Assembly (NCBI GenBank): GCA_963708025.1
Contig: CAVPSB010000019.1
Coordinates: 1 to 64,000 of the forward strand
Reading direction: 5' to 3'
DNA: 64,000 nucleotides
DNA from: an uncultured Candidatus Rokubacteria bacterium
GTDB taxonomy: Bacteria > Methylomirabilota > Methylomirabilia > Rokubacteriales > DASRDR01
A program made the position numbers and the translations under genes. Positions 30,797 through 40,352 of the stretch are shown here, in pieces. Position 1 is the stretch's first letter; the number at the start of each line of letters is the position of its first letter. The notes beneath the pieces were generated by a model that had not been told where the DNA came from, ran no database searches, and was given only the letters and a program-made list of their open reading frames with translations.

Positions 30797-31692
30797 GCCC
30801 GGCTCCGGGCGAGGCGGCGCGCCAGGCGGTGGACGGTCACCTCGTCGAGCAGGCCTCGCGGCCGCGCGGCCAGGAAGGCCACCACGAGCCCGCCGAAGAT
30901 GATCATCCGGTACGCGCTCAGGAAGCGGAACGACTCGAGCAGCCCGATGTCCACGGCGACCCCGAGGGGCGGGCCGAGCGGGGTCCCCAGCCCGCCGATC
31001 AGCCCGTAGGCCAGGCTGTGCACCCCCAGCATCACGTCGGCGTGCCCCGGCTCCACGTAGGTCGCGTAGTGGGCGAAGAGGCCACCGCCGACTCCGGCCA
31101 GGCCGCCGGCCGCCGACAGGGCGAGCGCCTTCACCCGGCCGGTGCGGATCCCCGCGGCCGCCGCCAGGTCCTCGTCCTCGCCGATCATCCGCAGCGCCTC
31201 TCCCCACCGGGAGCGCAGGAGCGTCGCCAGCAGCGCGAGCGTGGCGAGGAGGAGGACGTAGATGCCGGCGCCGTACGCGGTCACCGGGACCCCGCTCGTG
31301 AACAGCGCGCGGATGCCCCGGAAGCCGTCGGCGCCCGCGGGGCCCACCAGGTCCCCACCGACGGCCGTCTGGTAGTGAAGACCCAGCAGCCCGACCCGCA
31401 CCAGCTCGCCGAAGGCGAGGCTCCCGGCGGCGAACGCCAGGCCACGCGTGCGGGCCATCGCCAGGGCGAAGACCGCGCCCGCCAGCGCCGCGACGAGCCC
31501 GCCGGCGACGATGCCGACCGCGAGCGGCGCCCCGAAGACGGCCGTCGCCAGGCCGGCGGCGTAGGCGCCGATCACGAAGAAGCCCTGCTGCCCGAACGAG
31601 ATGCGACCCATCACGAGCAGCAGGTATGCGGAGAGCGCCACGAAGGCCTCGATGCCGGCGCGGATGGCGAGTGAGAGCGCGTAGTCGCTCAC
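30793..31692 (-). CDS. Branched-chain ABC permease (second LivM-like)
   Basis: GRISFGQ, IGGLG, PRGL. Confidence 0.85.
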   Translation of the reverse strand: MSDYALSLAIRAGIEAFVALSAYLLLVMGRISFGQQGFFVIGAYAAGLATAVFGAPLAVGIVAGGLVAALAGAVFALAMARTRGLAFAAGSLAFGELVRVGLLGLHYQTAVGGDLVGPAGADGFRGIRALFTSGVPVTAYGAGIYVLLLATLALLATLLRSRWGEALRMIGEDEDLAAAAGIRTGRVKALALSAAGGLAGVGGGLFAHYATYVEPGHADVMLGVHSLAYGLIGGLGTPLGPPLGVAVDIGLLESFRFLSAYRMIIFGGLVVAFLAARPRGLLDEVTVHRLARRLARSRA

Positions 31693-32555
31693 AGGCCTGA
31701 GCTTCCTCGAGGACTCCCTCGCGCCGCCACCACCAGGAAGAGCAGGGCATAGGCGGCGAGATCCCGGGACTGGCCGCCGAGATGCGCGAGCGCCTGCGCC
31801 TCCACCACGCCGAGGATGACGCCGCCGGCGACCGCGCCCGGCAGGGAGCCGGCCCCGCCGATGAGCATGGCCGTGAGCCCCTTCACCGTCGCCCACAGGC
31901 CGAAGTACGGCGTGACCTGCTGCTGGCTGGCGGCGACGAGGACGCCCGCCACCCCGCCGACGGTGGAGGCCAGCAGGAACGCGGCGGCCCCCATCGCCGT
32001 GACGTTGATCCCCACCAGGGCGGCCGCCTCCGGCGAGTCCGACAGGGCGCGGATCGCGGTCCCGAAGCGGGTCCGGTAGAGCACGGCGAACAGGGCGAGC
32101 AGGATCACGATCGCGCCGCTCCACGTCACCAGGGCGTCCGCGCGGATCAGGATCGGACCGGCGGCGATCGCCGCCAGCCCCGTCGGAGACGGATAGGGCA
32201 TGGTGCGGCTGACGGCGGTCAGGGCGACCAGCTCCTGGAGCTGCATGGCGACGGCGAACGAGGCGATCATCGAGACCACCGGCGCCTGACCGGCAAGGAT
32301 CCGGAAGGCGAGGCGCTCGACGTAGACGCCGGCCAGCAGGGCGCCGCCCACGGTCACCGCCAGGACGGCCGGGACGGCGCCGGGCCAGGCCAGGGAGGCG
32401 TGGCTGCCGGCGTAGATCCCGACCAGGATGGTCGGGCCGTAGGCGAGGTTCAGCCGGCGGAGGACGCCGAAGATCAGGGTGAAGCCGAGGCCGAGGAGGG
32501 CGTAGGTGGCGCCCAGCATCACCCCGTCCACGAGGGCCTGGACGAACTCCACCAC
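31689..32555 (-). CDS. Branched-chain ABC permease (second LivH-like)
   Basis: GFTLIFGV..LNLAYG, TRFGTAIRA. Confidence 0.85.
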   Translation of the reverse strand: MVEFVQALVDGVMLGATYALLGLGFTLIFGVLRRLNLAYGPTILVGIYAGSHASLAWPGAVPAVLAVTVGGALLAGVYVERLAFRILAGQAPVVSMIASFAVAMQLQELVALTAVSRTMPYPSPTGLAAIAAGPILIRADALVTWSGAIVILLALFAVLYRTRFGTAIRALSDSPEAAALVGINVTAMGAAAFLLASTVGGVAGVLVAASQQQVTPYFGLWATVKGLTAMLIGGAGSLPGAVAGGVILGVVEAQALAHLGGQSRDLAAYALLFLVVAARGSPRGSSGL

Positions 32556-32562
32556 GGCGAGT

Positions 32563-33282
32563 CTACCCTCGCCTGATCCCGAGGTAGGCCCGGCTGATCG
32601 CCTCGTTCGCCGCGACGTCGGACGGGGTGCCCTCGAAGGTGATCCGTCCCTGCTCGAGCAGGTACGCGCGGTGCGCCACCGAGAGGGCCAGCCGGGCGTT
32701 CTGCTCCACCAGCAGCACGGTCAGCCCGTCGCGGTTGAGAGCCGCGACGATCTCGAAGATCTGCTCGACGAGCATCGGCGCCAGCCCCAGCGACGGCTCG
32801 TCCATCATGAGGAGGCGCGGGCGGGCCATCAGGGCACGGCCGATCGCCAGCATCTGCTGCTCCCCGCCCGACAGCGTGCCCGCCGCCTGTCCCGCCCGCG
32901 CGCGCAGGATCGGGAACCGCCCCAGCGTCGCCTCCAGGTCGGACTCCACCGCCCGGCGCTCGCGGCGCAGGCGGGGATAGGCCCCGGCCAGCAGGTTCTC
33001 CCGCACGGTCATCCGCGGGAAGACGAGCCGGTTCTCGGGGACGAGCGAGACGCCGCTGGCGACGACCCGATCGGCCGCCATCCCGGAGAGCTCGCGGGCT
33101 TCGAGCCGGATGGAGCCGGTGCGCGGCCGGAGGATCCCCGCGATGGTGTAGAGCAGCGTGGTCTTCCCGGCCCCGTTCGGCCCGAGGAGGCAGGTGACCT
33201 GGCCCTCCCGCGCGACCAGGCTCACCCCGCGGAGCGCCTGGATCATCCCGTACGAGGTGACGACGTCCCGGACCTCGAGCAT
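32563..33282 (-). CDS. livF: Branched-chain ABC ATPase LivF
   Basis: GPNGAGKTT, LSGGEQQMLAIGRALM, DEPSLGLAP. Confidence 0.9.
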   Translation of the reverse strand: MLEVRDVVTSYGMIQALRGVSLVAREGQVTCLLGPNGAGKTTLLYTIAGILRPRTGSIRLEARELSGMAADRVVASGVSLVPENRLVFPRMTVRENLLAGAYPRLRRERRAVESDLEATLGRFPILRARAGQAAGTLSGGEQQMLAIGRALMARPRLLMMDEPSLGLAPMLVEQIFEIVAALNRDGLTVLLVEQNARLALSVAHRAYLLEQGRITFEGTPSDVAANEAISRAYLGIRRG

Positions 33283-33286
33283 CGGG

Positions 33287-34006
33287 TCAGCCCCGCCGCT
33301 GGCCCAGGTAGGCTTCGCGGACGCGCTCGTCGTCCTGGACCGCGGCCGGCGGCCCCTCGGCGATCTTCTCGCCGAAGTTGAGCACCACGACCCGCTCCGC
33401 GATGGCCATGACCAGCTCCATGTGGTGCTCGATCAGGACGACGCTCTTGCCCTTCCGCTGGAGGGCCAGGATCCGCTCCCGGAGCTCCTCGATCTCGGCG
33501 GCGTTCATGCCGGCCGCCGGCTCGTCGAGCAGGAAGAGGTCGGGCTCGGCGGCGATGGCCCGGGCCAGCTCCAGCCGGCGCTGCTCGCCGAAGGCCAGGT
33601 TCCGGGCCAGCTCGTCCTTGCGGTCGCGGAGCCGGCAGAAGTCGAGCGTCGCCTCGATCCGCGCGGGGCGGGCGCGGGCCGGCCCGGCGCTCCGGACCAC
33701 CCAGAGGTTCTGCCAGACCGTGAGCCCGCCGAAGAGGCGGATGTTCTGGAAGGTCCGCCCGATGCCGGCGGCGACGACGCGATGGGGAGGCCAGCCGGTG
33801 ATGTCCCGATCGCGGAAGCGGACCCGCCCGGCGGTCGGCGGGAAGACCCCGGTGACCAGGTTGACGATGGTGCTCTTGCCCGAGCCGTTGGGGCCGATCA
33901 GGCCCAGGATCTCGTGCTCCCCGACGCCGAGGTCGACCGCGTGGACCGCCCGCACGCCGCCGAAGTGCTTGGTGAGGCCTTCAATCGCGAGCATGGGCGC
34001 GAGCAT
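33287..34006 (-). CDS. livG: Branched-chain ABC ATPase LivG
   Basis: GPNGSGKST, RTFQN, DEPAAGMN, AYLG. Confidence 0.9.
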   Translation of the reverse strand: MLAPMLAIEGLTKHFGGVRAVHAVDLGVGEHEILGLIGPNGSGKSTIVNLVTGVFPPTAGRVRFRDRDITGWPPHRVVAAGIGRTFQNIRLFGGLTVWQNLWVVRSAGPARARPARIEATLDFCRLRDRKDELARNLAFGEQRRLELARAIAAEPDLFLLDEPAAGMNAAEIEELRERILALQRKGKSVVLIEHHMELVMAIAERVVVLNFGEKIAEGPPAAVQDDERVREAYLGQRRG

Positions 34007-34907
34007 CGGCGCTGGTCGGGCCGGGGCGGAGGCGGAATCCCAGGCGACGCACGAGGCCGACGTCGATGATGCCGTGGGGCCGCAGGTTCATCATGACGAC
34101 GATGAGGAGTCCGAACAGGAGGTTCCGCCAGTCCCCCAGGAGGCGCAGGCCGTCCACGAGCAGCGAGAAGAAGGCGACCCCGGCGATCGGCCCCAGCACG
34201 CTGCCGGTCCCGCCGATCAGCGCGTAGGCGATCGCGAAGGTCGCCAGCAGGACGCCGAAGTCTTCCTGGGAGACGTAGCTGGCGTAGTGCGCGTACAGCC
34301 CGCCGGCCAGGCCGGCCACGAAGCCGCCGGCGGTCATCGCCGACACCTTGGCGGTCGTGAGGTTGATGCCGACGCTGGACGCGGCCAGCTCGTCCTCGCC
34401 GACCGCGCGGAGCACGGCGCCGGCGCGGGAGCGGTCCATCAGCCAGAAGCCCAGCAGCGTGAGGAGCACGAACGCCCAGGTGAACGCGACGATCTCGAGC
34501 GAGGACCACCCGTTCTGGTAGTAGTAGGTGATGCCCCGGAAGCCCTCGGCGCCGGCCGGGCCGACCGTCCGGTCGCCCACGCGGATCGTGTACTTCAGGT
34601 TCAGGAAGACCATGCGGACGATCTCGGTGAAGGCGAGGGTGGCGATCACCAGGAACAGGCCCCGCACCCGGAGCGCCGGGAACCCGACCAGGAAGCCGAA
34701 GCCGCCGCCCACCAGCGCCCCGAGCAGGACGGCGAGCCCGATGGGCCAGCCCCACATGGAGGTGGCGGCGCCGGCCGTGTAGGCGCCGAGCGCGTAGAAG
34801 CCGGCCTGGGCCATCGAGATCTGACCGGTGAGGATCACCACGTACGCGCTGAGCCCGAGGAGGATCCGGAACCCGAACAGGGTGAGCAGGCTGAGGTAGA
34901 ACTCCAT
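33981..34907 (-). CDS. livM: Branched-chain ABC permease LivM
   Basis: GQISMAQAGF, ATLAF, IGGTGS. Confidence 0.85.
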   Translation of the reverse strand: MEFYLSLLTLFGFRILLGLSAYVVILTGQISMAQAGFYALGAYTAGAATSMWGWPIGLAVLLGALVGGGFGFLVGFPALRVRGLFLVIATLAFTEIVRMVFLNLKYTIRVGDRTVGPAGAEGFRGITYYYQNGWSSLEIVAFTWAFVLLTLLGFWLMDRSRAGAVLRAVGEDELAASSVGINLTTAKVSAMTAGGFVAGLAGGLYAHYASYVSQEDFGVLLATFAIAYALIGGTGSVLGPIAGVAFFSLLVDGLRLLGDWRNLLFGLLIVVMMNLRPHGIIDVGLVRRLGFRLRPGPTSADARAHARD

Positions 34908-34908
34908 T

Positions 34909-35042
34909 TTTCGGGACCTCCCGCCTACCCGATCCTTCGCACGGCCTTCGGCCTTCGGCGACGGCCTTCGGCCGTTGGCCCCCCTCCCCTATTGTTCGAC
35001 GGCCTTCGGCCTTTGGCTGGGGGGAGGGGGGAGCCGGAGGAC
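34909..35042 (-). repeat. Family 2 element expanded by ggccgaaggcc mini-hairpins
   Basis: Minus strand gtcctccggctcccccc...gggtaggcgggaggtcccgaa matches 45591-45659; contains four ggccttcggcc units. Confidence 0.8.
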
Positions 35043-35077
35043 GTCATCCCTTCACGTGTTCTCATTCGTATGCGCGT

Positions 35078-35962
35078 TCAGTGACGGGCGCCCTGGCCGA
35101 AGAGGCCTCCGGGCCGGAACACCAGGAACGCGAAGAGCAGGAGGTAGGTGATCATGTCACGGTAGCCGATGCCGAAGAAGTAAAGTGCCAGGTACTCGAC
35201 GATCCCCAGGGTCAGGCCGGCGACGATGGCCCCCGGGATCGACCCGAGCCCTCCCAGCACCGCGGTCACGAGCCCCTTGACGGTGAGGGGAAGGGACAGG
35301 AGCGGGGAGAGGGTGCCCACCGCCGAGCCGATGAGGGCGCCCGCCACGCCGCCGATCATCCCGGTGATGACGAACACTCCCGCGCTGACGCGGCGGAGGC
35401 CGATGCCGCACAGCTGGGCCGCCACCGGCTGCTGTGCCACCGCGCGGGTCGCGAGGCCGAGCCGCGTCCGGTACACGAGCGCCCACAGGCCGCCCATCAC
35501 CGCCAGGCTGACCAGGAACATGAAGCCGAGGTCGCCCCGGAGGAGCCAGGGGCCGACGTCCATCATCAGCTCGCCCATCGGGGCCGGAAAGGCCATGGGC
35601 CGGCCGTGGGTGAGGTGGGAGATCACCTCGTCGATGAAGAAGAGCATCCCCACGGTGGCCATCAGCGGGGCCAGGGGATAGTCGCGGGGCATCCACCGGA
35701 AGCAGGTCAGCTCGATCACGAGCCCGATGAGCCCGGCCGACACGACGGCGGTCAGGAAGACCAGGACGAAGGGCCCGCGGGTCAGGTGGAAGACCAGCAG
35801 TCCGACGTAGGCGCCGCCCAGGGCGGTGACGCCGAAGCCCAGGTTCAGCTTGTCCATCACGCCGAAGATCATCGTGAAGCCGATGCCGATCAGGGCGTAG
35901 GACGAGCCGAAGAGGAAGCCGTTCAGGACCTGCTGGACGACGTCGAGGAGGAGGTCGGACAT
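35078..35962 (-). CDS. livH: Branched-chain ABC permease LivH
   Basis: GFTMIFGVM..LNLGFG, LGGLGSIPG. Confidence 0.85.
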   Translation of the reverse strand: MSDLLLDVVQQVLNGFLFGSSYALIGIGFTMIFGVMDKLNLGFGVTALGGAYVGLLVFHLTRGPFVLVFLTAVVSAGLIGLVIELTCFRWMPRDYPLAPLMATVGMLFFIDEVISHLTHGRPMAFPAPMGELMMDVGPWLLRGDLGFMFLVSLAVMGGLWALVYRTRLGLATRAVAQQPVAAQLCGIGLRRVSAGVFVITGMIGGVAGALIGSAVGTLSPLLSLPLTVKGLVTAVLGGLGSIPGAIVAGLTLGIVEYLALYFFGIGYRDMITYLLLFAFLVFRPGGLFGQGARH

Positions 35963-35972
35963 GCGTGACGCG

Positions 35973-36013
35973 CCCGGGGCGCACTCGCCGGGCAGCGGCG
36001 AGTGCGCCCCGGG
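35973..36013 (-). terminator. Perfect 18-bp hairpin between livK and livH (likely mRNA stabiliser or attenuator)
   Basis: cccggggcgcactcgccg-ggcag-cggcgagtgcgccccggg. Confidence 0.6.
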
Positions 36014-36022
36014 AACGCTCGG

Positions 36023-37228
36023 CTACCGCGGGTCGAAGAGCACGGCCCAGTCCGAGTTCTTGGCCACCGCGAAGACGTACGGCTTCAGCGACTCCCGATC
36101 CTCGAGCCGCGTCACCTTGCCGAGGAGCCCGTCGAACTCCTTCACCTTGGCGAGCCCGTCGCGGATCCGCCGGCGGTCCTGGGCGACCGTGGTCGGCTTG
36201 GCCTCCACGCCCGAGGTCTCGATGACCTGCTTGAGCACGTACAGGTTCTCGTAGACCGCCGCCGAGTGGAGGTCCACGTTGCCCTTGTACTTGGTCGTCA
36301 CGATCTTGGCGACGCGCTGGGCGTCCGGCGTGACCGGGGCGAAGCCGGTGGGGATGATCAGGCCTTCGGCCTCCGGGCCGCAGCCGGCCATCGTCTCCAG
36401 GGTGGCGGAGGAGGTGAGCCCGACCAGGAGGCTGGGCTTGACGCCCTGCCGCTTCATCTCGCGCAGGGTGCCGCACAGCGTGAAGGGGTGCGACGAGATC
36501 GCGATGATGTCCGGCTTGGCCCGCCGCCACTTGCCGACCTGGGTCGAGAACTCGGTGTCGTTCAGGAGCCACTTCTCCCAGCCCAGCACCTCGAACCCCG
36601 CCGCCTTGGCCGCGGCGTCCATGGTCTGGGAGTTGGAGTTGGAGTGGGCGAAGTCGCTCTCGACGCCGCCGGCGACGGTCTTCAGGTCGGGGTGCTTCTC
36701 CTTGAGCCACTTGAACAGGTGGTTGTACATCGTGGGCTCGTGGGGAACGTTGCGGAACGCCCACTCCGAGAGCTTGGCGAGGCCGGGCTTGATGGCGGTG
36801 TCGCTGAAGATGGGGAACTGCAGGCCGGAGTCGCCGGCGTCGCCCACCTTCCGCTGGAGGATGCCGAACAGGGGCTCGGCGACGTTCGAGCAGGTGGGGC
36901 CGATGACGACCAGCCAGTCCTCGCTCGCCAGCTTGCGGACGACGGAGATCCCTTCCTCCGCGTTGCATCGCTCGTCGGCGAACGTGGTCACGATCTTGGC
37001 GCGCGTCCCGTCGGCCAGCTTGATGCCGCCGGCCTGGTTGATCTCGTCCACGGTCATGTCGAGGACGGCCTTGGAGTTGATGCCGAACCCGCGGATGACG
37101 CCGGTCATGGCGCCCACGCCGGCGATCTTCACGACGCGCTCCTGGGCGTCCGCGGGGGCCGGCGCGGGGGGCGCGACGATCGCCGCCAGGGCGAGGGCGA
37201 GCAGGGCTGCACGAGCCAGACGCCTCAT
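36023..37228 (-). CDS. livK: Branched-chain ABC substrate-binding protein (LivK-like)
   Basis: Signal peptide; EINQAGGI, IGPTCS, WAFR. Confidence 0.85.
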   Translation of the reverse strand: MRRLARAALLALALAAIVAPPAPAPADAQERVVKIAGVGAMTGVIRGFGINSKAVLDMTVDEINQAGGIKLADGTRAKIVTTFADERCNAEEGISVVRKLASEDWLVVIGPTCSNVAEPLFGILQRKVGDAGDSGLQFPIFSDTAIKPGLAKLSEWAFRNVPHEPTMYNHLFKWLKEKHPDLKTVAGGVESDFAHSNSNSQTMDAAAKAAGFEVLGWEKWLLNDTEFSTQVGKWRRAKPDIIAISSHPFTLCGTLREMKRQGVKPSLLVGLTSSATLETMAGCGPEAEGLIIPTGFAPVTPDAQRVAKIVTTKYKGNVDLHSAAVYENLYVLKQVIETSGVEAKPTTVAQDRRRIRDGLAKVKEFDGLLGKVTRLEDRESLKPYVFAVAKNSDWAVLFDPR

Positions 37229-37283
37229 GGGTGCACCTCCATCGGCGGGAAGGGTTGAAGGCCGCGTCGCTTCCGATGAAGCG

Positions 37284-37326
37284 CTCCGGGCGCCCCTACT
37301 ATTGTCGACGCGGCCCCGCCGGTCAA
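37284..37326 (-). promoter_or_regulatory. Putative promoter of the liv operon (motif shared with the opp promoter)
   Basis: Minus strand TTGACC-N18-ATAGTAGGGGCGCCCGGAG. Confidence 0.65.
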
Positions 37327-37424
37327 GGCCGCCGCCCGGCCCCTCGCCGGCCGCGTCCGGGATGCCGCCGGCACCTTGCGCGGCCCCCGCCCCGTGTGGT
37401 AGCGATGGCGGGCAGGCACCGCTC

Positions 37425-38255
37425 ATGAACGTGACCCTCCTCGGCACCGGCTGCCCGCCTCCGAACCCCCGACGGCGGGGGCCGGCGACGCTCGTCGCGC
37501 ACGGCGTCCAGCGCTGCCTGGTGGACGCCGGGTCGGGCGTGGCGGCCCAGCTCCAGCAGGCCGGGCTGCCGGTGGTCGATCTCCACCACGTCTTCCTGAC
37601 CCACCTCCACTCCGACCACGTGATCGACCTCGGCCACCTGGTCCTGAGCCGCTGGATCCTCGGCGAGAACGCGCCGCTGGCCGTCTTCGGCCCGGCCGGC
37701 GCCGGGGCTCACGTGGAGCGGCTGCTGGCGCTCTGGGAATGGGACATCGGGGTGCGCCGGGCCCACATGCACGAGCGTGAAGGGCCACGGGTCAGCGTGA
37801 CCGAGGTCGCGGAGGGTCTCGTGTACCAGGGCGGCGGCCTGACGGTGACCGCGTTCGAGGTGGAGCACGAGCCGGTGAAGCCGGCGTTCGGGTTTCGGTT
37901 CGAGGCCGACGGCCGGCGGGTCGTGGTCTCGGGCGACACCCGGCCCTGCGAGAATCTGATCCGCCACGCCCGGGACGCCGACCTCCTGGTCCACGAGTGC
38001 ACCGACGCGACCCAGACGCGCTGGACGCCCGGGTGCGGCTGGCCGTCGCGCGAGGCCAAGGTGGCGGATATCGCTGCCTACCATACCGGCCCCGACGAGG
38101 TCGGAACGGTCGCGGCGCGGTCGCACGCCCGGACCCTCGTCCTGACGCACCTCATGCCCGGCTCGGACCCCGCCGACCTGGCCGCCCGCGCCGGCGCGGT
38201 CTACGCCGGCCGCGTCGTGGTGGGCGAGGATCTCATGACCCTCGGCGTCGAGTGA
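37425..38255 (+). CDS. Metallo-beta-lactamase fold hydrolase (RNase Z/BN or arylsulfatase-like)
   Basis: LLGTG, THLHSDH, SGDT, HEC, LTH. Confidence 0.85.
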   Translation: MNVTLLGTGCPPPNPRRRGPATLVAHGVQRCLVDAGSGVAAQLQQAGLPVVDLHHVFLTHLHSDHVIDLGHLVLSRWILGENAPLAVFGPAGAGAHVERLLALWEWDIGVRRAHMHEREGPRVSVTEVAEGLVYQGGGLTVTAFEVEHEPVKPAFGFRFEADGRRVVVSGDTRPCENLIRHARDADLLVHECTDATQTRWTPGCGWPSREAKVADIAAYHTGPDEVGTVAARSHARTLVLTHLMPGSDPADLAARAGAVYAGRVVVGEDLMTLGVE

Positions 38256-38278
38256 CACCCGGGGAAAAGGAGCGAGCG

Positions 38279-39274
38279 ATGTCGCTGATCGACGTCCACA
38301 ACCACATCCTCTCCAGGGCCTGGGTCGACCTCCTCGCCGCCTACGGGGGCCAGCGATACCAGACCAGCCGGGACCCCGAGGGTCGGACGATCGTCCTGCG
38401 CAAGGGTGCCCGGTTCCTGGGGCTGACCGACGCCATGTTCGACCCCGAGATGCGCCTGCGGGCCATGGACGCGGTCGGCGTCCAGACCCAGCTCCTCTCG
38501 TACACGTGCCCGAACTGTTACTGGGCGGAGGGCAAGCACGCCGAGGAGGTGGTCCGGACGATGAACGACCACCTGGCCGAGGTCTGCTCCCGCTGGCCCG
38601 ACCGCTTCCGGGGGCTGGGGAGCCTGCCCATGCAGGACGTGGATCTCGCGCTGAAGGAGCTGGAGCGCGCGGTCGATCAGCTCGGCATGATCGGCTTCAT
38701 CATCCTGGCCAACGTGAACGAGACGCCGCTGGACGACGAGCGCTTCGAGCCGGTGTGGGCCGCGCTCAACGCCCGCCGGCTGCCGGTGCTCCTCCATCCG
38801 ACCGTGCCGCCCGGCGCCGAGCTGATGGGCATGGACCGGTACGCGCTGGTGCCGTCGCTCGGCTTCATGTTCGACACCACCCTCGCCGTCACCCGGATGA
38901 TCCTGGCCGGCGTGTTCGAGCGCTACCCGGACTGGCCGCTGATCGTCGGCCACACCGGGGCGACCCTGCCCTATCTGGCCGGGCGGCTCGACATCTGCCA
39001 TCGCTTCATCCCGGAGGCCCGCGCGGGAGGCGTTACCCGGCCGCCGTCCGAGTACCTCAAGCGGCTCTACTACGACACCGTCACCTTCGACGAGCACGCC
39101 CTCCAGCTCGCATACACGCTGGCGGGGCCGCGCCAGCTCCTCTACGGCAGCGACTATCCCCACGTGATCGGCGACATGAAGGGGTGCGCCGACCGCGTCA
39201 CCGCGCTGCCGATCCCGGAGGGTGAGAAGGAGCTGATCCGCTGGGGGAATGCCCGGCGGATCTTCAAGCTGTAG
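38279..39274 (+). CDS. Amidohydrolase_2 family protein (ACMSD-like decarboxylase)
   Basis: IDVHNH, LLHP, GHTG, GSDYP. Confidence 0.85.
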   Translation: MSLIDVHNHILSRAWVDLLAAYGGQRYQTSRDPEGRTIVLRKGARFLGLTDAMFDPEMRLRAMDAVGVQTQLLSYTCPNCYWAEGKHAEEVVRTMNDHLAEVCSRWPDRFRGLGSLPMQDVDLALKELERAVDQLGMIGFIILANVNETPLDDERFEPVWAALNARRLPVLLHPTVPPGAELMGMDRYALVPSLGFMFDTTLAVTRMILAGVFERYPDWPLIVGHTGATLPYLAGRLDICHRFIPEARAGGVTRPPSEYLKRLYYDTVTFDEHALQLAYTLAGPRQLLYGSDYPHVIGDMKGCADRVTALPIPEGEKELIRWGNARRIFKL

Positions 39275-39297
39275 CCAGACCGGAGGGAGGAGTGGCG

Positions 39298-40326
39298 ATG
39301 TCGGGGCGAATCGTCCGAGGCATCGTGGCCGGCTTCGTGGGCGCCGGCCTCGCGCTCGCCGTCCCGGCGGCGGCCCAGGGTCCCACGGTCAGCATCGGCA
39401 CCAACCCGCCCGGGACGGTCTTCTACGCGGTCGGGAGCGGCCTGGCCAAGGTGGTGAGCGAGGCGGGCAAGGTGCGGATGTCGGTCCAGCCCTACACCGG
39501 CTCCAGCACGTTCATCCCGCTCCTCAACACCGCCGAGATGGAGTTCGGCGTCACCAACGCGGTGGACATGGCCCTCGCCTATCGCGGCCCCGGCTTCAAG
39601 ATCGGTGGCCGCAACCCCTTCCCCCACGCGCCGAACCTCCGGCTCGCCATGCGGGGGTCGCCGCTGGTGATCGGCCTCCTGGTGCGCAAGGACTCGCCGA
39701 TCCGCAGCATCCACGAGGTCAAGGGCAAGCGGGTGACCGGCGAGTACCCGGCGCACCTGTCCGTCTGGTACAACGTGTTCGGGCTCCTGGCCAGCGCCGG
39801 GTTGAGCTGGGGCGACGTCAAGGTGGTGCCGGTGCCGGCCGTCAACGAGGGGCTCGAGGCGCTCGTCCAGGGTCGCGCCGACGTCAGCGCGTTCGCGCTT
39901 GGCGGCGCCAAGGTCAAGGAAGCCGACGCCGCCGTCGGCGTGCGCCACCTCTCGATCGATTGCTCCCCCGAGGGGGAGGGGCGCCTGCGCAAGGCCGTCC
40001 CCGGCTACTATCCGCGCTGGGCCAAGGCCGGCGCCGCGACCGCGGTCGTCGAGGACACGTGCCTGGTCGCCTACGACCTCTACCTGACCGTGGGCAAGGC
40101 GGTCCCCGACGGGGTGGTGGAGGCGACCGTGCGGGCGCTCTGGGACGGGGTGGAGAAGCTGCCGGCGCTCCACCCCCAGTTCAAGGAGTGGACGCGCGAG
40201 CGCGCGGTGGATCCCGAGGCGACCATCCCGTTCCACCCGGGCGCCGTCCGCGTCTACAGGGAGCACGGGGCCTGGACGCCGCCGATGGAGCAGGCGCAAG
40301 CGAGGCTCCTGTCGCTCACCCCGTGA
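39298..40326 (+). CDS. TAXI family TRAP solute-binding protein
   Basis: IGTNPPGTVFY, IPFHPGAVRVY; signal peptide. Confidence 0.9.
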   Translation: MSGRIVRGIVAGFVGAGLALAVPAAAQGPTVSIGTNPPGTVFYAVGSGLAKVVSEAGKVRMSVQPYTGSSTFIPLLNTAEMEFGVTNAVDMALAYRGPGFKIGGRNPFPHAPNLRLAMRGSPLVIGLLVRKDSPIRSIHEVKGKRVTGEYPAHLSVWYNVFGLLASAGLSWGDVKVVPVPAVNEGLEALVQGRADVSAFALGGAKVKEADAAVGVRHLSIDCSPEGEGRLRKAVPGYYPRWAKAGAATAVVEDTCLVAYDLYLTVGKAVPDGVVEATVRALWDGVEKLPALHPQFKEWTRERAVDPEATIPFHPGAVRVYREHGAWTPPMEQAQARLLSLTP

Positions 40327-40352
40327 GCGCGACCGCGCGCGAGGGGAGCGAC

